DNA of 64,000 bases from Heptranchias perlo (Eukaryota): positions 54,312,001 through 54,376,000 of the forward strand of contig NC_090335.1 in assembly GCF_035084215.1 (NCBI RefSeq), given 5' to 3'. How positions within the stretch are numbered: the first letter of the stretch is position 1; the number at the start of each line of letters is the position of its first letter. The translations under genes and the position numbers were made by a program. Shown piece by piece: positions 12,673 to 25,434 of this stretch. Below the pieces are notes generated by a model. It was not told the origin of the DNA. It saw nothing but the letters and a program-made list of their open reading frames with translations, and did not search any database.

Positions 12673-12961
12673 CTAAAATGAAAGAAAAATTGTCGAAAAA
12701 TTCACTTTGTGTCATTTAATTCATTCAGTGATCTACATACACCTAAAGAACACACAATCACAGGGGAATCAGTATCAATGCTGAGCAGGAGGCAGACTAC
12801 GTACACTGGTGCAAAATGATAAAATCCACTTTCGTTGCTAGCAAGACTGTCAATCGGTTTCAGTCGCCTGAAAACTACTAAGCTAAGGCACTGAGTTTTA
12901 AATTTGCATCTAACTGCTATCTGTTTCACAGTATTGAGGGTTATAATGTCTCAAATTAATA

Positions 12962-13098
12962 TGATGCGGAGATGCCGGTGATGGACTGGGGTTGACAATT
13001 GTAAACAATTTTACAACACCAAGTTATAGTCCAGCAATTTTATTTTAAATTCACAAGCTTTCGGAGGCTACCTCCTTCCTCAGGTGAACGTTTGTTGG
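12962..13098 (-). mobile_element. Penelope-like pLTR fragment, family 1, single copy
   Basis: Same sequence as the arms at 32.8, 37.3 and 40.2 kb. 9-bp TSD AAATTAATA at 12953-12961 and 13099-13107. Confidence 0.8.
13049..13089 (-). ncRNA. Minimal type I hammerhead ribozyme motif
   Basis: Minus strand GUUCAC-CUGAGGA-A-GGAGG-UAG-CCUCC-GAAA-GCUU-GUGAAU: core boxes, 5-bp helix II, helix I UUCAC/GUGAA. Confidence 0.72.
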
Positions 13099-13425
13099 AA
13101 ATTAATACTGCAAGATGCATGATGGATTGAGTAGGGCTAGGACTACAGTTCTAGTCATCGATGGAAAGCAAAGGGTCAGAGTTGTAAGTGTGGGCTATGC
13201 GGTTGAACTAATTAACTGAAGTGTTGCTTAGTAACGTGTGGGTGCACAATGAAGTTTCACAGAGCTCTATATTCTTGTAGGTTTATGTGTGGTTAGTTGC
13301 CTCCACTGGGGAGGTGAGGTAGTCAATAACAGGGCAATTTGTATATGGTCTGTGGAGGGAATAGCTTGATGGAGGAATTGTCTTTTTTTTAACCTTTTTA
13401 TTCATTATTGCCTAACAGGCTCATA

Positions 13426-14305
13426 GGGCATGATTTTTACATGGAGGCGGAAAGGGAACGGGGAGGAAGATAATCAGACATGAAACCCAGGAGTAAAGTT
13501 GGCGGGTCGCAATCTGTGATCGCTACCTTAATGAGGGCAATGAATTTTACTTCCAGGTTTCGTGCCTGGCAGCCAGCCTGATTGACAGGCTGGCTGGCTG
13601 TTGGGCAGGGATTGGAGAGGAGGGAGGGAGGGAGGGAGAGATCGGGGCCGTGGAGGACATGGTGGGGGTGGGTGGGCCGTGGTGGACATTGCAGGGTGGG
13701 GACCGTGGAGGACATCAGGGAGGAGGGGCCATGGAGGACATCGCAGGCCGGGAGGTGATCAGGTCAGCAGATGATCGGAGGACATCGCCAGAAGATCGGA
13801 GAACATTGCCAGAAGATCGGAGGACGTCGCCAGAAGATCGGAGGACGTCGAAAGAATATCGGAGGTCGGGAGGAGTCAGAGGTATGGAAGGATCTCGGCC
13901 ATCGGCAGGGGTGGTTCACCATCAGGGGAGGTTTGTCGGCTGATCGCAGAGGTCCTATCGCACCAGGTGAGCTTGTTGGTCCTGGATGAAGCACTCCTGC
14001 TCATCCTGGCCCACAATCAGTGCAATAGAGGCACTTACCTCATGGATGGGAATCAGAACCGATGGGAAACTCAAACAGGTAAGGTTAATTTCATTTTATC
14101 TTTTACCTCATACACAAAATAATTAAGTGCCTCAACTATCGGCCGGCTGGCTTTAAGTGGGGACGGGACATTTGGGTTTCTGTTGTACGCACACATCCTA
14201 ACGTGCCTGGAAGTGGGCACATTGGAGCCAGGATGTGTCCTGTTGAAAAGTTTACTATTTTTACTGCCCTCAGCCCATCCATTCTTGGGGGTTAAAAGTC
14301 CCCTC
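13426..14305. mobile_element. Degenerate Harbinger-type MITE
   Basis: GGGCATGATTTTTA...TAAAAGTCCCC-type ends. Internal gcactcctgctc..ggcccaca motif recurs near 16000, 44190, 56120 and 58000. Boundaries approximate. Confidence 0.5.
13766..13866 (+). repeat. 21-bp minisatellite (GCCAGAAGATCGGAGGACGTC-like, about 4.5 copies)
   Basis: Directly visible; gives the EDRRTSP repeats in ORF 13650..13943. Confidence 0.85.
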
Positions 14306-15393
14306 ATTGTTTTCCTCTCAAGCTCTTGCTTCCCACTTGGTTTTATGCTCTTTCTACATCTGTATGCAACATCTTCAAGTTAAAGGTACCTGAGTGAATG
14401 TGCTTATACTGAACTCTACAACAAGTTTAATGGTGTAAACTTTCTTGCACCGTGTCTGTATCTTTACTTCACCCAGCATGACTGTGGAGAATCACAGAAG
14501 TGACCATGTGGTACCATATTGATATAGTAATTCACAGGTAGAGTGAGGAATATATCCTGCTAACAGTGTCAGCTGAAGGCCAGGATAAATTCAATATCAA
14601 TATGAATTCAATTTGTCACTCTGAATGTGTCTTTGTGTAAAGTAAATACATCTCTGGGCTAGGTTGCCAGGACACATTTGGAGACAGTCTAATGCTGGAT
14701 TTACAAGTGGATTAGTTCCGTGGAGTACATTTTTCTATTTTGCCAGCCAAAAATTAACCAAAAAAAAACATTTTTCACTTGCATAATGTGTGTGTATGTG
14801 CACATGCATCAGATATACTCAGTATCATACTCAATATCAAACAAACAGTTTAATAAAAACATTTCAATGAATTTCATGCTCATCAAAGTGAACCCAATAT
14901 CAGTCTGAAGCACTCCTATGTTATGTTATAACATGAGTTACGCAGAATAAATCACCCTCTACTCTGCTTCATCAATGTGCCCTAACCCCGACTGCACCAT
15001 TGTGGCGTTTTCCAATTCCCACAACAGCCATCCTTGTGTGTTCTCTGAATGAAATTACCAATTCAGTGCCAAAGGGCAGTTTTGTACTATGGGACCATGC
15101 CCAGTTGGAACTGGGTTGAGAATATTGGTTCCAGACATGAAAAGACAGCATACTAACTCCCCACACCCAGCTACCAATTATGGCAAGTAAAACAGTTATA
15201 CTGAAAGGCAGCAGTGTGAGTGCATCAGCTCCACTCAGCCACCACATGGACCCATCTACTAGAACCTGGATTAAGTCAGAAGGACAATGCAAACAGTGAT
15301 ACTGATTCTATTTTCATATGGTCAATTAAAAGCTATCCATAGAACACAACCTTGATGATTTGAAAGCAAATGCTGTAATAATCTGGATCTTAC

Positions 15394-15483
15394 CTTTTCT
15401 TGAACACTTGGACAGTAAATAGCCAAGCACAGTTACTAGGATTAGGCACAGAAAAGCAAGCACTGCCCATATGTACACTCTGC
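15394..15483 (-). CDS. Gene A exon 4: transmembrane (GRVYIWAVLAFLCLILVTVLGYLLSKCSRK)
   Basis: Acceptor cttcttttattatag|GC, donor AAAG|GTAAGA, 90 nt, phase 1-1. About 22 hydrophobic residues followed by basic stop-transfer residues. Confidence 0.88.
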
Positions 15484-16624
15484 CTATAATAAAAGAAGCA
15501 AGAAGCTTTGCATTAATGGTTTCATCACCAGCAGGCCATCTGATACCCAATACAGTACATTTCTCCCAAAATCAAATAGAAATTTTCAGCACATCCTGCT
15601 CTTTCTTCTGAATTTTACTGTTCTTGTTTATATCGATCCAGTTAGGAACATGGAAACATATGTGGTTGAATAGTGTAGACTGAGCATAACGTTAACAAGC
15701 TTTAAGCAAAATTGCAGAATATACTCACAAATAAAACAGCTAACGCTGTGTCAATTTACTCCTTTATAACAAAAGACTGGATGAATATTTGGTTGAGAAC
15801 AGGGCTGAAGGATTATATAGATAAGTATAATTGACAGCTGATGGAATGCTGTCCACAAGTCGGCAGCACATGGAGGAGAATGGGATGGCCTGGGCCGGGA
15901 CCAGACCCAGGGTAAATGCAAGTACATGGGGAGGGAAAAAAGTGGTCAGTGGTTTGCAAAGAGGTTGAGTCCAGGGCAGGGGAGGCCTACACTCTCCTTG
16001 TGGGGCCTGGAAAACCTCTTCGCTCTTCAGACCAGGTTCTTGGTCTGGGGGCAGCTGCTGTAGGCGTCCCATTGACTACCAGGTTAAGATGACGTTGGGG
16101 TTCTTTTAATGTAATTGGAGCTCAATTTTCATAAAAGTATGAAGCGTCCGCCTGAGTCATGGAATGGGTAGTTCACCCACTCCATTTTAACTGCCTGCTG
16201 GCCGTGGAGAGTTAAAATTTCCAATTTAGTTCCTTACTATGTTCTTTTGCTTGTGTGCAAACGTAATTCATAAAAATAAATTTGACTTGTAGTTTTAGCC
16301 AGAAAAATGCACTTGTTTTTTTCTGCCTATCAGAGGGGATAGGAGTGCATGGTGGGTGACTTGTGCAACCTCCAGTGTCAATATTTTAGTAAAAAGGTCT
16401 TTGTTATTTTCGTGATACTTCTGATCATGGCCACTAAGACAGGAAGTGTTGAAGCACGGGGACACCAGTCCACTTATGGAATCTGCAATTTGCTGTAAAC
16501 ACTAGTAAAGAGTTGAAAGAAAGATTGAATCCTAATGCCTCACAGACTATTTCACTTTCTAGCTAAAAGGAAACAGAAAGTGATATTAAAGTGAAAAAGG
16601 GGAAGAAAACTAAAACTGAAATAC

Positions 16625-16930
16625 CTTCATGCTGCCCATCAAATGTTATGGTTATTCTTCTAATGAGAGGGGTCTGCAAAGATGAGTGATTCACATGACA
16701 TGAATACACATCGTCCTTCTGCCAGTCAGAGATGTTTACGAAACTTGTTCTGGAATTGTTGTATGATGTAATCGTAATTCCGGAGTTAATCCATGCTGAG
16801 CCTTCCTTTCCTTCTTTACTCCAGCTCAGTTGAATGTTGTCTGGATAGAAGTTCTCTGCTCTACAAACCAGTTGTATGCAGCAGCTATTTTCAGGCCAAG
16901 GAAGAAATTCAACTTCCACCTCTGGAGAAC
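16625..16930 (-). CDS. Gene A exon 3: Ig C1-set domain
   Basis: Acceptor tttcttcaccaag|GT, donor GAAG|GTATTT, 306 nt, phase 1-1. Motifs LVCRAENFYPDNIQLSW and YSCHVNHSSL are typical C1 (FYP, YxCxVxH). Confidence 0.93.
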
Positions 16931-19218
16931 CTTGGTGAAGAAAATGTAACAAGCTTAATTGAAATTTGAAAAATTATATATTTTACTTTATTTTCCATTG
17001 GAGAAAAAATACCCATTGTGCATTTGGTTATGCTGTTCTCTCAACTTAATGATATGTTTTTCTTTCTCAACAGGTACTCCTGTCCCAACACATTACTAGC
17101 CAAGCTTTGTTAATGACTTCTCCACAGCCAGTAAGTCTGCCACACTGCACAGTGCCATGCTGTAACATTGTGCTGACTTTTGTCTCGTTCACTAAGCTAT
17201 CCTTAGAATCATGGAATCTTGCAGCACAGAAGGAGGCCATTTGGCCCATCATGCCTGTGCCTGCTCTTTGAAAGAGCTATCCAATTGGACCCACACCTCC
17301 ACTCTTTCCCCATAGTCCTGGTTAATTCTTCTCAGAAACCATTTTTAATATCATTGTTCCAATAAATTTCTGCCATTTTTTCCAAGTATGTCTGGGATGA
17401 GACCTCTAAAATTATTAATGATGATAAACGCCTGATTCAGGCTTCACTGGTGACCATTGTCTTTGCTATTTTATTGAACCCAGATAAATTAAATGAATAT
17501 TTCTATACATTAAAAATGTTTTATTTAAAATTAAATTCATTATCCAATATTCAGAGATCCAGCAAAATGCATTGTTCTGTTTATGGAAGGGAAGGGGAAG
17601 TTCTTGAACCCAAGTTTCTGGATGAGTTTGTAATTTTTTTTAACCTTTGATATGATTAATTTTATTTTTAGGCCTATATAGCGGAGTGGGTGAGGAATTG
17701 TCATGGTGACTGTATTCTGGAGAATTCTTTTTGCTGGAAACCAACTGAGGAGAAAATTGAAATGGGGAGATAGATTTGTGCAATGAGTAGAAAATAGTTA
17801 ACTATGGGAAAGAAATATACAAACAAAATTGAAAGCGATGAGGAAAAAGAAGAAGAATTGAAGGGAATGTTAGAAAAAAATGGCACTAACAATCGCAATG
17901 TTCTCAGGGCATCTGAGGCATTATCTGGGAAGGTGGAAGTGGAGATCTGAGTGGGTCCCAGTTACACTGAGCCTCTGCCCTATTAGAGCTGTACTAGGAC
18001 TTCCTGGGATAGGGTAGGGACAGATAGTTCTTGCATCCTCCCTCTTGGAAATGTACACCACAGATAGAGGTTGGTCTGGCTGGATGATGTTGTGACGCAG
18101 GCATACAGTACGTTATGGAAGGTGAGGATGAAGACCACCAGATATTGAAAGGCAGGAATCCTTTCACAAAGCAACTGGCTGCTGTAAGGAAACCAGCCTT
18201 ACTGGAAAGGGCCCATTTGTTGTGATTTCTTCCCTCTCCCGTTCGACATGCTGGGTCTTTCTTCAGTGGCTTACCAATGTCGCAATTTCCACCATACAAC
18301 ATCGTCTCCCCCCCTCCCCCGCCAGTGGGCACACCAGCTGCACTGATACTGGTGCAGGCGTCCACTCACTGGGGTCGATTTTGAGTTTTGGGCAACTGAC
18401 TGGCTGTGCACACCAGTCGGCCGCCCATCCAGGCGGTGAAGGGATGGCCGTGATTTAGAGGCCCCACTCATTAACGTTGGACTGGCGAGCTGCGGGGTGA
18501 AAAATGGGCCTTCCAATGCAACTCGCCAGATGAAGTCTGGGCAATATTGGCCCCCACCCCAGCCTGCAGCGAGGTAAGTGCAGGCAGATTGGGAGGGTGT
18601 GGTCCCGATTACAGAGAGGATGATCCAGGGGCGGCAGCGGCCTACATTATTTTTGTGGGCGGAGGAACGCGGTGCCCGTTCCGATCAGTTCTCTCCTAAG
18701 TCCGTGACTTGTATATTAAAAGAGGCTTACCGCTGAAAAACAGGCCCGCGCTTTGGCCGCCCAGCGACAGGCTCCTTTCAAAATGGCAGCAGGCCATGCG
18801 CCAGGGTTAATGAGGCAGGAAGGGCACCAACCCCATTTTTAGGCTCCTAGCCGATTTTACCAAGTGGAAATCAGACTCACTGAATGTAAACTGCCCGACT
18901 CTGGGAATTCCAACAGATTCAGGCACATAACAGAATGGCACTGAAGAAGTTCAGCTCCACCATTTTACAGTGGTGGAACTGATCATAGATTTTCGGTCCC
19001 AGTGTCTTTACATAGAGGGAGGTAAAATCACAAACTATTGTTGAAGTAGAGTCCGTTAATTCTTTAGAAAGAAAATTAGACAGTTGCTTAAAAAGAGGAA
19101 CATTAAAGGGTATTAAGAGGAAGCAAGAGAGTTTAGGTGGCTCATGTAGAGAAAAATACCAATGCAACTGGATAGGCCAAATGGGAGGTCTCTGTGCTGT
19201 ATCATTCTGCCATACTAT

Positions 19219-19975
19219 GGGCCGGATTTTGCTCTAATACTAATGGCGAAGCTAACAGCGCTCACTGTTACTTCAGTGTAAATGGGACAGCAACTTCTAG
19301 TGACCGCACATGTGCATTTAAACATAGAAATCTGGAAGTTACTGTATCAGATGCCCTGCTCCCGCATAAGCTTTGTGGGAAGGAAATCTCGCCAGCTGAT
19401 TCACTGTTCAGATGAACGGAACACTGTGAAGTTCCTGCACTGCCCTGATGGATATGAAGTAATCGCACCCAAAAAAAGGTACGTCAAGTTATTTAAGTCT
19501 AAGCACCCTTTTTAACGACTGCCCTCTTAATGACTGCCAAACAACCTCTCAGGCACCGAAAATTAATTTTACAAGTGTGGAATCTCATTCCTTCAGATTT
19601 TAAATGCTGTTGGACATTTAAAAAATATATATTTGTTTTATTTTTTCTTTCTGTCTCTTTTATCCCTGTCTCTAAATTCGATATTTCTTACCCTCTCTTT
19701 ATTTTGCTTTCTGTACCTGATTTGACTTTTGAATTCACTATTCTAACTTACACTTCCTGGTTCTGACTCTGTGTGGCTTGTTAACAGGCTTCAATCTGAT
19801 TGATTAAGGGGATCGATGTTTGCTTGCCCCGTTCACACCGGTCCCAGAAGTCCGGGAGAGGGGGGTCGTGATGGATTCAACGCCCCATGATAAAAACACG
19901 ATAAGTTTATGGGTAAGTGCAAGCCTGATGAGCAGCGGGCCCCATTTGTTTGCCGCTCAGAGCAAAATCCAGCCC
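19219..19975. mobile_element. Harbinger-type MITE in gene A intron 2
   Basis: TIR GGGCCGGATTTTGCTCT / AGAGCAAAATCCAGCCC (16/17), flanks TAT/CAT. Confidence 0.8.
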
Positions 19976-20188
19976 CATGATTCTATAACAAACTGGCAAA
20001 CATGTTGGTTATGATGTAGATAGTAATCATAAGAAATTTCTTTACAAAGATATTTACAATTCAAACTATCTTTTGACCGCAAAAGACAATTATTAGATGA
20101 AAAGACAACTGAATTATGTTGTCAACACAATAGCTTAGTATTATATATTGCATAAGGCTTTATAACTTTTTAATATAATAATTCATAC

Positions 20189-20560
20189 CTTCCACTATGA
20201 GACGTGTTGCATTCCCTTGTATTTCTTTGGTAGGCGGCGGTATAAAGAATGCAATCATACAGTAGTAAAGGTCTGTGTCATTCACTTGGAGATCTCGGAT
20301 GGAAAAGTGCATAACATTAGCAGTGTGCTTCCAAGTAATGCTCACTCGGCTATCACACCCAGGACTCTGCATCAGCGTCTTATTCATATAAAATACTCTA
20401 CATACAGGACTGTCACACATTCTCCTCCGCCAGGAAACGGACACCATTTCTACCTCGGAATGATTGTGCCAGTAGGAACAAGTGATGTTTGCATTCTCTC
20501 CCTTTAATGCTCTGAGGACAGCTGGAGCTTGGAGAACTTGGTAATCACTATGTGCCAAAT
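20189..20560 (-). CDS. Gene A exon 2: Ig V-set domain with J-like G strand (CD28/CD28H/NKp30-like)
   Basis: Acceptor ttcatgggaacag|AT, donor GAAG|GTATGA, 372 nt, phase 1-1. Translation QVLQAP...ANITC...VSW...DLQVNDTDLYYC...IPPPTKEIQGNATRLIVE has the canonical B-Cys, C-Trp and DxxxYxC. Confidence 0.93.
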
Positions 20561-21173
20561 CTGTTCCCATGAAAAATCAAAACAAATTAACATTGTTAAT
20601 GAAAACTGTTCAAATATCTCTCTGCGAATTAGCCTAGTTATTTAAAGACATGGGGCTCGATTTTCCTGGGAAATTGCGGAAGCGTTGGGGGCAGGAGGGG
20701 CTCCGAAAATCGGGGAAATCCCATTCGGGTTCGGAGCCCGGCTACGACCCGCAGATTTCCGGGTTCCCCATTGACGCGTCTGGGTACGCGCGTCTCCTGA
20801 ATGCGGAAGTCCCACCGGCAATTAAAGCTGGCGGGATGATAATTTACACAGTTGTTGAGGTAGTTTAAGTACTTGAAATACTTAATTTTCTCCAGGGGTG
20901 CAATTTTGAAGGATCCTCAGTGTGTTTCCCGTGCTGTGGGAAACACTCCCTGTTGCAACAGATGTGTTTCAGCCAGCAGCCAGTGGGAGATTCGAATGCT
21001 TATTTGACAGATGGGGAGAAAAGGTATTGCAGCAGGGCACTCTGTTCTTTCGGACAAAGTTTTGGCTGCAGGATCTTTGTGTTTTCACTGAATATTCTTA
21101 CTTTCCACTCAAAATTCTGCTGTTCAAACACAGTTACCTACTTTGCGGAGCCCCACAAACTTACACCGTCAGG

Positions 21174-22380
21174 ATGGGGGGGGCGCCATGGCTGCATTCA
21201 CCACTACATCCGAGGACGAGCAACATCACCAGCCTCGTCAGGCAGAGCGTCCACCTCCGCCGCGTGGAGCTCCACAACACAGTGCTGCGCCATAGGCACC
21301 TGCACAAGAACACAGAGGGCAACAACAGAGAGAGCACCATCGCAGGAGGCACTACCCTCGCAACAGGGTCTACAGACCGAGGCTCAGCTTCCTGGACCTC
21401 TCTGAGGAGCAGTGCACACGAAGGCTCAGAGTCAGTCGCCAGGTAGTCGCAGACATCTGCAGCCTCCTTCATGCTGAGCTGCTCCTTGCTGGGCCGAGCA
21501 GCATCTCCTTACCTGTCGCTGTCAAAGTCACCACTACCCTCAAATTCTTCGCCTCCGGATCATTCCAGGGTGCCACCGGGGACATCACCGGGGTCTCTCA
21601 GTCGTCTGCACACAAGTGCATAAGGCAGATCACTGACGGTTTGTTTCGCAGGACCTCGCAGTACGTCAATTTCCCCAGACGGAGAGGGCAGTGGGATTCC
21701 ACTCTGTGGCTGGCTTCCCACATGTTCAGGGTGCAATCGATTGCACCCATACAGCAATATGAGCACCTCCACACGAGCCAGGACTGTTCATCAACAGGAA
21801 GGGCTACCACTCCATCAACACTCAGCTCGTTTGTGACCACCGCAAGAAATTCCTTCAAGTGTGTGCCAGATTCCTGGCTGTTGCCACGATTCCTTCCTCC
21901 TCCGGGAATCCAACATCCCGCCCCTCTTCCACGCACCGAACACCCTTAAGGGCTGGCTCCCCGGGGACAAGGGATACCCCCTGCACACATGGCTCATGAC
22001 ACCTCTGAGGAACCCCATCACTGAGCAACAGCATTGATATAATGACAGCCACATCGCCACCAGGTCTACAATTGAGCATGCTATAGGGCTGCTCAAAATG
22101 CGACTTAGGTGCTTTGATCGTTCTGGGGGAGCGCTTCAATACGCACCAGACAGAGTGGGACGCATTATAGTTGTGTGTTGTGCCCTACAACATGGCACAA
22201 CAGAGAGGGGTGGAGCTTGAGGAGGCCCCATCCACATCTGCCATCCACATTGAGGAGGAGCAGGAGGAGGCGGAGGAGGAGCAGGAGGAGGAGGAGGAGG
22301 AGCAACCCATGAGCAGAGCAGTGGCTCACCTGGCTACTCATGAGACCAGGGAGTCACTGATATGTGAACGGTTGTCCTAA
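21174..22380 (+). pseudogene. HARBI1-like Harbinger DDE transposase, frameshifted
   Basis: Pieces encode GAIDCTH-like, [58 protein letters not shown] and an acidic tail, with frameshifts and stops. Confidence 0.88.
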
Positions 22381-22399
22381 CATCAGACAGTGTGAAGAG

Positions 22400-23244
22400 T
22401 TTTTTTTTATTCGTTCATGGGATGTGGGCGTCGCTGGCGAGGCCAGCATTTATTGCCCATCCCTAATTGTCCTTGAGAAGGTGGTGGTGAGCTGCCTTCT
22501 TGAACCGCTGCAGTCTGTGTGGTGAAGGTTCTCAAAACAGTGCTGTTAGGAAGGGAGTTCAGGATTTTGACCCAGCGACGATGAAGGAACGGCGATATAT
22601 TTCCAAGTCGGGATGGTGTGTGACTTGGAGGGGAACGTGCAGGTGGTGTTGTTCCCGTGTGCCTGCTGCTCTTGTCCTTCTAGGTGGTAGAGGTCGCGGA
22701 TTTGGGAGGTGCTGTCGAAGAAGCCTTGGCAAGTTGCTGCAGTGCATCCTGTGGATGGTACACACTGCAGCCACAATGCGCCGGTGGTGAAGGGAGTGAA
22801 TGTTTAGGGTGGTGGATGGGGTGCCAATCAAGTGGGCTGCTTTGTCCTGGATGGTGTCGAGCTTCTTGAGTGCTGTTGGAGCTGCACTCATCCAGGCAAG
22901 TGGAGAATATTCCATCACACTCCTGACTTGTGCCTTGTAGATGGTGGAAAGGCTTTGGGGAGTCAGGAGGTGAGTCACTCGCCGCAGAATACGCAGCCTC
23001 TGACCTGCTCTTGTAGCCACAGTATTTATATGGCTTGTCCAGTTAAGTTTCTGGTCAATGGTGACCCCCAGGATGTTGATGGTGGGGGGTTTGGCGATGG
23101 TAATGCCGTTGAATGTCAAGGGGAGGTGGTTAGACTCTCTCTTGTTGGAGATGGTCATTGCCTGGCACTTGTCTGGCGCGAATGTTACTTGCCACTTGTG
23201 AGCCTAAGCCTGGATGTTGTCCAGGTCTTGCTGCATGCGGGCTC
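22400..23244 (-). mobile_element. CR1/L2-group LINE 3' fragment with poly-A tail, nested in the Harbinger
   Basis: ORF 22559..23158 (IYKAQVRSVMEYSPLAW); tail cccatgaacgaataaaaaaa on -. Same family at 27.2, 35.4 and 38.6 kb. Confidence 0.9.
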
Positions 23245-23544
23245 ACAGTCCTCACACCACCTGGATAGAGCAGCACCCACAATAGCAACCACCCCACCCC
23301 TCCCTGCACAAAACAGTCCTGCAACTACACATACACCCACTGTAGAGTGACCTAATCGGTGGCATCAAGTGTCGCCGTTCATGGTGAACCTCATGAAAGG
23401 ACCCTATCACAGAAGCCAATCAAGAATGGCCAAGACGTGGCAGTAGTGATGACAATAATAATATTTAATGTGAGTTTAACATAAAGCTAATACAAATAAA
23501 AAACATGACCAACCATCAGACACAGTTGTGCATACCCTTCGTGC

Positions 23545-25434
23545 TTACAAACCTTCACCTTTCTCTTCCGACTACTTCTACGTGGTGTTTCCCCTGTGGA
23601 TGCAGCAGAGGTAGTGGCAGGTTGCTCTTGTTCATGCCCAGACCGATTAGATGCTTTGGGCTGACGCCCTCTGGGTTTTGGTTCCATGGGAGGGCCCCTC
23701 CAAAGACTGCTCCACCTGCACCTGTGCAGAGGCAGACTTGGCCACCTGGAGAGGAGGCAGCATTGCGGGTATTGTTTGAGACGGGGGCAGCAGATGAGAC
23801 GTGGGGGCGCTTTGAGTGGCATCCCCACTTTCATGTCCCCTTGGGTCATCATCCCTCCCCTGGGCCAGGCCTACATCACTCCTACCACTCTGCTGGACAA
23901 CAGTTTGGAGGACATGTGTGAAGCTTTGTAAGACCAGTGCTGGTGTATCTGCCTGCCTGTCTAAGGTGGCAGAATGTTGTTCACTGTGAGTCCAAACGGC
24001 CATTGTCAGGGCCTGAATGTACTCATGTATGAGCCGTGCTTGAAGCTCAATGTAGGCTGGCCTTCTCTCCATCACAGACATTCCTGCACTTACCCGTGAC
24101 AGTATCTCAGACAGTTGCTTACGTTCCTGTGGCACTATCTCAGATATACCCTCCCGTACCTGTGCCACCATTCCACTCATGCAGGAGTTGGACTCCTCCA
24201 TCCTCTGCGCTATTGTGGAGACTGCGCGTGGCACCTGTTCCAGCACCTCGCAAATGTTCTGCCGTCCCTCGATCGTTCTCCTTTTAAAGGATGGACCCCA
24301 GAGTTCAGCATCTGCATCCAGCTGAGCAGAGCCTGGAGAGGAGTGCTCCCACCGACGCGGACTCTCCGCATCTGCCCCTGTCACCAGCGTCTGCTCGTGT
24401 TCACATGTGTGTGGTAACTCACCAGGTGCCAACTAACTGAGGACTAGGACCCACTGAGGTGTGTGTATCTGCGCTGGTAGATGGCTCGCTCAGATCTAAT
24501 GGTGCGCCCTCAGAGGGTGGCAGGTCCTCTGAGGAATCGCCCTGTGCCGTCACAGTTATCGCTGAAGGCCCCGTAAGAGAACAGAAGGCAATATTAAGCA
24601 TGATCACAGATGTGTCATGTTGTGATGAGCATACTGAGGTGCTGAAGATGGCAAGGCATATTAAAATCAATTCATATCGTGTGTGATGAATGTTAAAGTT
24701 ATGTCACCAGACGTTTGTCAGGTGCCAGTCTCTGCGTCCCCGATGGACAGGCACTCGAGGGTACGGCTCAGCTCCAGTGCCTCCTCCTCCGCGTCTGTGA
24801 GGACGATGATTTGTTGCGGTCCCGCTCCAGTCCTCGCCCTCTCCCGTGCATTCTGGGCTCTCTTCTCCTATAAGGGGAGAAAGTACAGACGCGTGAGTGA
24901 GTGATGGTGACGTGGCCAACCGATGAATGCATTGGTTTGGGTGTGACTGACCGTGAAAGAGATGCATCAGAGGCTGAATATGAGAGAGAGCCATGACATT
25001 GTATGAGGATTGGGTTGAGTGGTAGTGGTGGGATGACTAATGGGGAGGTGAGGAAGTGCAGGTAAGTTGAGGATGAGCCTTAAGTGGGTGTGGGGAGTGA
25101 TGTGATAGAGTAGTGTTGGCAGTGCAGAATGAGTTGGGAGGTGGGGGCGGTGATGTGGAAGACGGAAAGTAAGAGAATGAGTAAGTGTACTCACTTTGGC
25201 TGACCTGGTTAGGTCATTGAAGCGCTTCCTGCGCTGGACCCAGGTGTGAGAGACGTTGCTGCTGCTGGTGACCACCTCAACCACCTCGAGCCAGGCCTTC
25301 TTGGTGGCAGAGGCAAGACACTTCCTCCTGTCCGCCGGGTAGAACACGTCCCTCCTCCTCCTCATCCCATCCAGTAGTATCTGGAGTGAGGCATTGCTAA
25401 ATCTTGGAGCAGCCTTGCCCCTGTGCTGCTCCAT
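23545..25434 (-). pseudogene. Harbinger Myb/SANT-like DNA-binding protein gene (spliced, decayed)
   Basis: Exon 1 25434-25195 MEQHRGKAAPRFSNASLQILLDG...KKAWLEV...RRKRFNDLTRSAK|GTGAGT; exon 2 24867-24708; the next acceptor appears mutated (cgg); ORF 23647..24432. Confidence 0.8.

Noticed and set aside
13650-13994. Repeat-containing ORFs (EDRRTSP)n
   Set aside because: Translation of a 21-bp minisatellite inside a MITE.
12806-15045. Extra cytoplasmic exons for gene A (near 12806-12868 and 14955-15045)
   Set aside because: The better acceptors give stops or phase mismatch in the required phase-1 frame; the only compatible option has a weak acceptor.
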